This document shows positions 54,701 to 64,000 of a stretch of DNA of 64,000 bases, piece by piece. Position numbers and translations under genes: made by a program. Source of the stretch: Auanema rhodensis (Eukaryota; Animalia; Nematoda); contig OZ059896.1 in assembly GCA_964057225.1 (NCBI GenBank), positions 4,464,001 through 4,528,000 of the forward strand. Direction: 5' to 3'. A model generated the notes under the pieces. The model worked only from the letters and a program-made list of their open reading frames with translations. It had not been told where the DNA came from and searched no databases. Each line of letters begins with the position of its first letter. The stretch's first letter is position 1.

Positions 54701-57700
54701 TACCATGAACCAATATCAATAAAAATTTGTTTTTAGACTAATATGGACATGGGGAATCTAATTTTGGAAACCGCATCTCTTTATTTTTCACGTGAAGCGA
54801 GTTACATACCAAGTGCACATCACGTGTACATTTAATTAGCATAAATTAAAGTTCACGTAAATTTCAAAGTCATGGTTACCATGCACCAATATCAATAAAA
54901 ATTTGTTTTTAGACTAATATGGACATGGGGAATCTAATTTTGAAAATCGCATCTCTTTATCTTTCACGTGAAGCGAGTTACATACCAAGTGCACATCACG
55001 TGTACATTTAATTAGCATAAATTAAAGTTCACGTAAATTTCAAAGTCATGGTTACCATGAACCAATATCAATAAAAATTTGTTTTTAGACTAATATGGAC
55101 ATGGGGAATCTAATTTTGAAAATCGCATCTCTTTATCTTTCACGTGAAGCGAGTTACATACCAAGTGCACATCACGTGTACACTTAATTAGCATAAATTA
55201 AAGTTCACGTAAATTTCAAAGTCATGGTTACCATGCACCAATATCAATAAAAATTTGTTTTTAGACTAATTTGAACATGGGGAATCTAATTTTGAAAACC
55301 GCATCTCTTTATCTTTCACGTGAAGCGAGTTACATACCAAGTGCACATCACGTGTACATTTAATTAGCATAAATTAAAGTTCACGTAAATTTCAAAGTCA
55401 TGGTTACCATGAACCAATATCAATAAAAATTTGTTTTTAGACTAATATGGACATGGGGAATCTAATTTTGGAAACCGCATCTCTTTATTTTTCACGTGAA
55501 GCGAGTTACATACCAAGTGCACATCACGTGTACACTTAATTAGCATAAATTAATGTTCACGTAAATTTCAAAGTCATGGTTACCATGCACCAATATCAAT
55601 AAAAATTGGTTTTTAGACTAATATGGACATGGGGAATCTAATTTTGAAAACCGCATCTCTTTATCTTTCACGTGAAGCGAGTTACATACCAAGTGCACAT
55701 CACGTGTACATTTAATTAGCATAAATTAAAGTTCACGTAAATTTCAAAGTCATGGTTACCATGCACCAATATCAATAAAAATTCGTTTTTAGACTAATTT
55801 GGACATGGGGAATCTAATTTTGAAAACCGCATCTCTTTATCTTTCACGTGAAGCGAGTTACATACCGAGTGCACATCACGTGTACATTTAATTAGCATAA
55901 ATTAAAGTTCACGTAAATTTCAAAGTCATGGTTACCATGAACCAATATCAATAAAAATTCGTTTTTAGACTAATTTGGACATGGGGAATCTAATTTTGAA
56001 AACCGCATCTCTTTATCTTTCACGTGAAGCGAGTTACATACCAAGTGCACATCACGTGTACACTTAATTAGCATAAATTAAAGTTCACGTAAATTTCAAA
56101 GTCATGGTTACCATGCACCAATATCAATAAAAATTGGTTTTTAGACTAATATGGACATGGGGAATCTAATTTTGAAAACCGCATCTCTTTATCTTTCACG
56201 TGAAGCGAGTTACATACCAAGTGCACATCACGTGTACATTTAATTAGCATAAATTAAAGTTCACGTAAATTTCAAAGTCATGGTTACCATGCACCAATAT
56301 CAATAAAAATTCGTTTTTAGACTAATTTGGACATGGGGAATCTAATTTTGAAAACCGCATCTCTTTATCTTTCACGTGAAGCGAGTTACATACCGAGTGC
56401 ACATCACGTGTACATTTAATTAGCATAAATTAAAGTTCACGTAAATTTCAAAGTCATGGTTACCATGAACCAATATCAATAAAAATTTGTTTTTAGACTA
56501 ATATGGACATGGGGAATCTAATTTTGAAAATCGCATCTCTTTATCTTTCACGTGAAGCGAGTTACATACCAAGTGCACATCACGTGTACACTTAATTAGC
56601 ATAAATTAAAGTTCACGTAAATTTCAAAGTCATGGTTACCATGCACCAATATCAATAAAAATTTGTTTTTAGACTAATTTGAACATGGGGAATCTAATTT
56701 TGAAAACCGCATCTCTTTATCTTTCACGTGAAGCGAGTTACATACCAAGTGCACATCACGTGTACATTTAATTAGCATAAATTAAAGTTCACGTAAATTT
56801 CAAAGTCATGGTTACCATGAACCAATATCAATAAAAATTTGTTTTTAGACTAATATGGACATGGGGAATCTAATTTTGGAAACCGCATCTCTTTATTTTT
56901 CACGTGAAGCGAGTTACATACCAAGTGCACATCACGTGTACATTTAATTAGCATAAATTAAAGTTCACGTAAATTTCAAAGTCATGGTTACCATGAACCA
57001 ATATCAATAAAAATTCGTTTTTAGACTAATTTGGACATGGGGAATCTAATTTTGAAAACCGCATCTCTTTATCTTTCACGTGAAGCGAGTTACATACCAA
57101 GTGCACATCACGTGTACACTTAATTAGCATAAATTAAAGTTCACGTAAATTTCAAAGTCATGGTTACCATGCACCAATATCAATAAAAATTGGTTTTTAG
57201 ACTAATATGGACATGGGGAATCTAATTTTGAAAACCGCATCTCTTTATCTTTCACGTGAAGCGAGTTACATACCAAGTGCACATCACGTGTACATTTAAT
57301 TAGCATAAATTAAAGTTCACGTAAATTTCAAAGTCATGGTTACCATGCACCAATATCAATAAAAATTCGTTTTTAGACTAATTTGGACATGGGGAATCTA
57401 ATTTTGAAAACCGCATCTCTTTATCTTTCACGTGAAGCGAGTTACATACCGAGTGCACATCACGTGTACATTTAATTAGCATAAATTAAAGTTCACGTAA
57501 ATTTCAAAGTCATGGTTACCATGAACCAATATCAATAAAAATTTGTTTTTAGACTAATATGGACATGGGGAATCTAATTTTGGAAACCGCTTCTCTTTAT
57601 TTTTCACGTGAAGCGAGTTACATACCAAGTGCACATCACGTGTACATTTAATTAGCATAAATTAAAGTTCACGTAAATTTCAAAGTCATGGTTACCATGC

Positions 57701-59468
57701 ACCAATATCAATAAAAATTTGTTTTTAGACTAATATGGACATGGGGAATCTAATTTTGAAAATCGCATCTCTTTATCTTTCACGTGAAGCGAGTTACATA
57801 CCAAGTGCACATCACATGTACATTTAATTAGCATAAATTAAAGTTCACGTAAATTTCAAAGTCATGGTTACCATGAACCAATATTAATAAAAATTTGTTT
57901 TTAGACTAATATGGACATGGGGAATCTAATTTTGAAAATCGCATCTCTTTATCTTTCACGTGAAGCGAGTTACATATAAAGTGCACATCACGTGTACATT
58001 TAATTAGCATAAATTGAAGTTCACGTAAATTTCAAAGTCATGGTTACCATGCACCAATATTAATAAAAATTTGTTTTTAGATTAATATGGACATGGGGAA
58101 TCTAATTTTGAAAACCGCATCTCTTTATCTTTCACGTGAAGCGAGTTACATATAAAGTGCACATCACGTGTACATTTAATTAGCATAAATTGAAGTTCAC
58201 GTAAATTTCAAAGTCATGGTTACCATGCACCAATATTAATAAAAATTTGTTTTTAGATTAATATGGACATGGGGAATCTAATTTTGAAAACCGCATCTCT
58301 TTATCTTTCACGTGAAGCGAGTTACATACCAAGTGCACATCACGTGTACATTTAATTAGCATAAATTAAAGTTCACGTAAATTTCAAAGTCATGGTTACC
58401 ATGCACCAATATTAATAAAAATTTGTTTTTAGATTAATATGGACATGGGGAATCTAATTTTGAAAACCGCATCTCTTTATCTTTCACGTGAAGCGAGTTA
58501 CATACCAAGTGCACATCACGTGTACACTTAATTAGCATAAATTAAAGTTCACGTAAATTTCAAAGTCATGGTTACCATGCACCAATATCAATAAAAATTG
58601 GTTTTTAGACTAATATGGACATGGGGAATCTAATTTTGAAAACCGCATCTCTTTATCTTTCACGTGAAGCGAGTTACATACCAAGTGCACATCACGTGTA
58701 CATTTAATTAGCATAAATTAAAGTTCACGTAAATTTCAAAGTCATGGTTACCATGCACCAATATCAATAAAAATTCGTTTTTAGACTAATATGGACATGG
58801 GGAATCTAATTTTGGAAACCGCATCTCTTTATTTTTCACGTGAAGCGAGTTACATACCAAGTGCACATCACGTGTACATTTAATTAGCATAAATTAAAGT
58901 TCACGTAAATTTCAAAGTCATGGTTACCATGCACCAATATCAATAAAAATTTGTTTTTAGACTAATATGGACATGGGGAATCTAATTTTGAAAATCGCAT
59001 CTCTTTATCTTTCACGTGAAGCGAGTTACATATAAAGTGCACATCACGTGTACATTTAATTAGCATAAATTAAAGTTCACGTAAATTTCAAAGTCATGGT
59101 TACCATGCACCAATATTAATAAAAATTTGTTTTTAGATTAATATGGACATGGGGAATCTAATTTTGAAAACCGCATCTCTTTATCTTTCACGTGAAGCGA
59201 GTTACATACCAAGTGCACATCACGTGTACACTTAATTAGCATAAATTAAAGTTCACGTAAATTTCAAAGTCATGGTTACCATGCACCAATATCAATAAAA
59301 ATTGGTTTTTAGACTAATATGGACATGGGGAATCTAATTTTGAAAACCGCATCTCTTTATCTTTCACGTGAAGCGAGTTACATACCAAGTGCACATCACG
59401 TGTACATTTAATTAGCATAAATTAAAGTTCACGTAAATTTCAAAGTCATGGTTACCATGCACCAATAT
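42761..59468 (+). repeat. ~8.1-8.8 kb (46-50 monomer) tandem duplication, remodelled internally
   Basis: Offset 8096 (46x176): 42841/50937, 43377/51473. Offset 8800: 44642/53442, 46754/55554, 49800/58600. Offset 8624: 48967/57591, 49192/57816, 49392/58016. Confidence 0.85.
43600..47500 (+). repeat. 12-monomer (2112 bp) higher-order repeat, present again at ~52.4-56.6 kb
   Basis: A122T (TAATGTTC) at 44642/46754 and 53442/55554, each offset by 2112, with the same order of flanking variant monomers. Confidence 0.8.
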
Positions 59469-62289
59469 CAATAAAAATTCGTTTTTAGACTAATATGGAC
59501 ATGGGGAATCTAATTTTGGAAACCGCATCTCTTTATTTTTCACGTGAAGCGAGTTACATACCAAGTGCACATCACGTGTACATTTAATTAGCATAAATTA
59601 AAGTTCACGTAAATTTCAAAGTCATGGTTACCATGCACCAATATCAATAAAAATTTGTTTTTAGACTAATATGGACATGGGGAATCTAATTTTGAAAATC
59701 GCATCTCTTTATCTTTCACGTGAAGCGAGTTACATACCAAGTGCACATCACGTGTACATTTAATTAGCATAAATTAAAGTTCACGTAAATTTCAAAGTCA
59801 TGGTTACCATGAACCAATATCAATAAAAATTTGTTTTTAGACTAATATGGACATGGGGAATCTAATTTTGGAAACCGCATCTCTTTATTTTTCACGTGAA
59901 GCGAGTTACATACCAAGTGCACATCACGTGTACATTTAATTAGCATAAATTAAAGTTCACGTAAATTTCAAAGTCATGGTTACCATGCACCAATATCAAT
60001 AAAAATTTGTTTTTAGACTAATATGGACATGGGGAATCTAATTTTGAAAATCGCATCTCTTTATCTTTCACGTGAAGCGAGTTACATACCAAGTGCACAT
60101 CACGTGTACATTTAATTAGCATAAATTAAAGTTCACGTAAATTTCAAAGTCATGGTTACCATGAACCAATATCAATAAAAATTTGTTTTTAGACTAATAT
60201 GGACATGGGGAATCTAATTTTGAAAATCGCATCTCTTTATCTTTCACGTGAAGCGAGTTACATACCAAGTGCACATCACGTGTACATTTAATTAGCATAA
60301 ATTAAAGTTCACGTAAATTTCAAAGTCATGGTTACCATGAACCAATATCAATAAAAATTTGTTTTTAGACTAATATGGACATGGGGAATCTAATTTTGAA
60401 AATCGCATTTCTTTATCTTTCACGTGAAGCGAGTTACATACCAAGTGCACATCACGTGTACATTTAATTAGCATAAATTAAAGTTCACGTAAATTTCAAA
60501 GTCATGGTTACCATGCACCAATATCAATAAAAATTGGTTTTTAGACTAATATGGACATGGGGAATCTAATTTTGAAAACCGCATCTCTTTATCTTTCACG
60601 TGAAGCGAGTTACATACCAAGTGCACATCACGTGTACATTTAATTAGCATAAATTAAAGTTCACGTAAATTTCAAAGTCATGGTTACCATGCACCAATAT
60701 CAATAAAAATTTGTTTTTAGACTAATATGGACATGGGGAATCTAATTTTGAAAATCGCATCTCTTTATCTTTCACGTGAAGCGAGTTACATACCAAGTGC
60801 ACATCACGTGTACATTTAATTAGCATAAATTAAAGTTCACGTAAATTTCAAAGTCATGGTTACCATGAACCAATATCAATAAAAATTTGTTTTTAGACTA
60901 ATATGGACATGGGGAATCTAATTTTGAAAATCGCATCTCTTTATCTTTCACGTGAAGCGAGTTACATACCAAGTGCACATCACGTGTACATTTAATTAGC
61001 ATAAATTAAAGTTCACGTAAATTTCAAAGTCATGGTTACCATGCACCAATATTAATAAAAATTTGTTTTTAGATTAATATGGACATGGGGAATCTAATTT
61101 TGAAAACCGCATCTCTTTATCTTTCACGTGAAGCGAGTTACATACCAAGTGCACATCACGTGTACACTTAATTAGCATAAATTAAAGTTCACGTAAATTT
61201 CAAAGTCATGGTTACCATGCACCAATATCAATAAAAATTGGTTTTTAGACTAATATGGACATGGGGAATCTAATTTTGAAAACCGCATCTCTTTATCTTT
61301 CACGTGAAGCGAGTTACATACCAAGTGCACATCACGTGTACATTTAATTAGCATAAATTAAAGTTCACGTAAATTTCAAAGTCATGGTTACCATGCACCA
61401 ATATCAATAAAAATTCGTTTTTAGACTAATTTGGACATGGGGAATCTAATTTTGAAAACCGCATCTCTTTATCTTTCACGTGAAGCGAGTTACATACCGA
61501 GTGCACATCACGTGTACATTTAATTAGCATAAATTAAAGTTCACGTAAATTTCAAAGTCATGGTTACCATGAACCAATATCAATAAAAATTTGTTTTTAG
61601 ACTAATATGGACATGGGGAATCTAATTTTAGAAACCGCATCTCTTTATTTTTCACGTGAAGCGAGTTACATACCAAGTGCACATCACGTGTACATTTAAT
61701 TAGCATAAATTAAAGTTCACGTAAATTTCAAAGTCATGGTTACCATGCACCAATATCAATAAAAATTTGTTTTTAGACTAATATGGACATGGAGAATCTA
61801 ATTTTGAAAATCGCATCTCTTTATCTTTCACGTGAAGCGAGTTACATACCAAGTGCACATCACGTGTACATTTAATTAGCATAAATTAAAGTTCACGTAA
61901 ATTTCAAAGTCATGGTTACCATGAACCAATATCAATAAAAATTTGTTTTTAGACTAATATGGACATGGGGAATCTAATTTTGAAAACCGCATCTCTTTAT
62001 CTTTCACGTGAAGCGAGTTACATACCAAGTGCACATCACGTGTACACTTAATTAGCATAAATTAAAGTTCACGTAAATTTCAAAGTCATGGTTACCATGC
62101 ACCAATATCAATAAAAATTGGTTTTTAGACTAATATGGACATGGGGAATCTAATTTTGAAAACCGCATCTCTTTATCTTTCACGTGAAGCGAGTTACATA
62201 CCAAGTGCACATCACGTGTACATTTAATTAGCATAAATTAAAGTTCACGTAAATTTCAAAGTCATGGTTACCATGCACCAATATTAATA

Positions 62290-64000
62290 AAAATTTGTTT
62301 TTAGATTAATATGGACATGGGGAATCTAATTTTGAAAACCGCATCTAATTATCTTTCACGTGAAGCGAGTTACATACCAAGTGCACATCACGTGTACACT
62401 TAATTAGCATAAATTAAAGTTCATGTAAATTTCAAAGTCATGGTTACCATGCACCAATATCAATAAAAATTGGTTTTTAGACTAATATGGACATGGGGAA
62501 TCTAATTTTGAAAACCGCATCTCTTTATCTTTCACGTGAAGCGAGTTACATACCAAGTGCACATCACGTGTACATTTAATTAGCATAAATTAAAGTTCAC
62601 GTAAATTTCAAAGTCATGGTTACCATGCACCAATATCAATAAAAATTTGTTTTTAGACTAATATGGACATGGGGAATCTAATTTTGAAAATCGCATCTCT
62701 TTATCTTTCACGTGAAGCGAGTTACATACCAAGTGCACATCACGTGTACATTTAATTAGCATAAATTAAAGTTCACGTAAATTTCAAAGTCATGGTTACC
62801 ATGAACCAATATCAATAAAAATTTGTTTTTAGACTAATATGGACATGGGGAATCTAATTTTGAAAATCGCATCTCTTTATCTTTCACGTGAAGCGAGTTA
62901 CATATAAAGTGCACATCACGTGTACATTTAATTAGCATAAATTAAAGTTCACGTAAATTTCAAAGTCATGGTTACCATGCACCAATATTAATAAAAATTT
63001 GTTTTTAGATTAATATGGACATGGGGAATCTAATTTTGAAAACCGCATCTCTTTATCTTTCACGTGAAGCGAGTTACATACCAAGTGCACATCACGTGTA
63101 CATTTAATTAGCATAAATTAAAGTTCACGTAAATTTCAAAGTCATGGTTACCATGCACCAATATCAATAAAAATTCGTTTTTAGACTAATTTGGACATGG
63201 GGAATCTAATTTTGAAAACCGCATCTCTTTATCTTTCACGTGAAGCGAGTTACATACCAAGTGCACATCACGTGTACATTTAATTAGCATAAATTAAAGT
63301 TCACGTAAATTTCAAAGTCATGGTTACCATGCACCAATATCAATAAAAATTTGTTTTTAGATTAATATGGACATGGGGAATCTAATTTTGAAAACCGCAT
63401 CTATTTATCTTTCACGTGAAGCGAGTTACATACCAAGTGCACATCACGTGTACACTTAATTAGCATAAATTAAAGTTCATGTAAATTTCAAAGTCATGGT
63501 TACCATGCACCAATATCAATAAAAATTGGTTTTTAGACTAATATGGACATGGGGAATCTAATTTTGAAAACCGCATCTCTTTATCTTTCACGTGAAGCGA
63601 GTTACATACCAAGTGCACATCACGTGTACATTTAATTAGCATAAATTAAAGTTCACGTAAATTTCAAAGTCATGGTTACCATGCACCAATATCAATAAAA
63701 ATTTGTTTTTAGACTAATATGGACATGGGGAATCTAATTTTGAAAATCGCATCTCTTTATCTTTCACGTGAAGCGAGTTACATACCAAGTGCACATCACG
63801 TGTACATTTAATTAGCATAAATTAAAGTTCACGTAAATTTCAAAGTCATGGTTACCATGAACCAATATCAATAAAAATTTGTTTTTAGACTAATATGGAC
63901 ATGGGGAATCTAATTTTGAAAATCGCATCTCTTTATCTTTCACGTGAAGCGAGTTACATATAAAGTGCACATCACGTGTACATTTAATTAGCATAAATTA
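62290..64000 (+). repeat. 6-monomer (1056 bp) duplication at the right edge
   Basis: C51A at 62347/63403 and C128T at 62424/63480, both offset by 1056. Confidence 0.8.

Larger units (their letters stand above)
1..64000. repeat. 176-bp tandem satellite DNA array (~363.7 monomers), probably centromeric/pericentromeric; extends beyond both window edges
   Basis: GTTTTTAGACTAAT recurs at 1, 177, 353, ... 881 and finally 63881 (=363x176+1-8, matching the 8 one-base deletions seen). No spacer or unique sequence. The satellite call is direct; the centromeric role is inferred from monomer size, AT richness and homogeneity. Confidence 0.99.

Noticed and set aside
1-64000. CRISPR array or other repeat-spacer system
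   Set aside because: There are no unique spacers, the whole 176-bp period is repeated, and no cas genes are present.
1-64000. A single regular higher-order repeat or an encoded variant 'code' across the window
   Set aside because: Periods change locally (4, 5, 6, 9, 10, 12, 16, 17, 29, 46-50 monomers) and are explained by nested duplication. No global period is evident.
1-64000. Pure assembly or sequencing artefact (concatemer)
   Set aside because: Variants are shared in hierarchical, in-register patterns and indels are very rare, unlike random error. Individual near-identical duplications still need read-level confirmation.

Overview
The whole 64 kb window is one uninterrupted head-to-tail satellite DNA array. 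It has a 176-bp monomer (~32% GC), with 363 full copies plus 120 bp of a 364th, all in the same orientation. Consensus, phased from position 1: GTTTTTAGACTAATATGGACATGGGGAATCTAATTTTGAAAACCGCATCTCTTTATCTTTCACGTGAAGCGAGTTACATACCAAGTGCACATCACGTGTACATTTAATTAGCATAAATTAAAGTTCACGTAAATTTCAAAGTCATGGTTACCATG(C/A)ACCAATATCAATAAAAATTT. Monomers usually differ from it at 0-4 positions, and only 8 single-base deletions occur in the window. I found no genes, RNA genes, transposons, CRISPR spacers, inversions or unique sequence; the two 60-aa ORFs are by-products of one SNP. The size and homogeneity are typical of a eukaryotic centromeric or pericentromeric satellite, but I cannot name the family or organism, and I see no new protein-coding system. 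Two layers of structure are informative. First, rare variants record nested tandem duplications (4, 5/6, 9/10, 12, 16+2, 17, 29 and 46-50 monomers), a left-to-right succession of variant domains, and apparent long-range transfers of short tracts. Second, the monomer is dense in dyad symmetries and carries three regularly spaced TCACGT motifs. Variant names such as A83T refer to monomer positions. All offsets were counted by hand and block boundaries are approximate.
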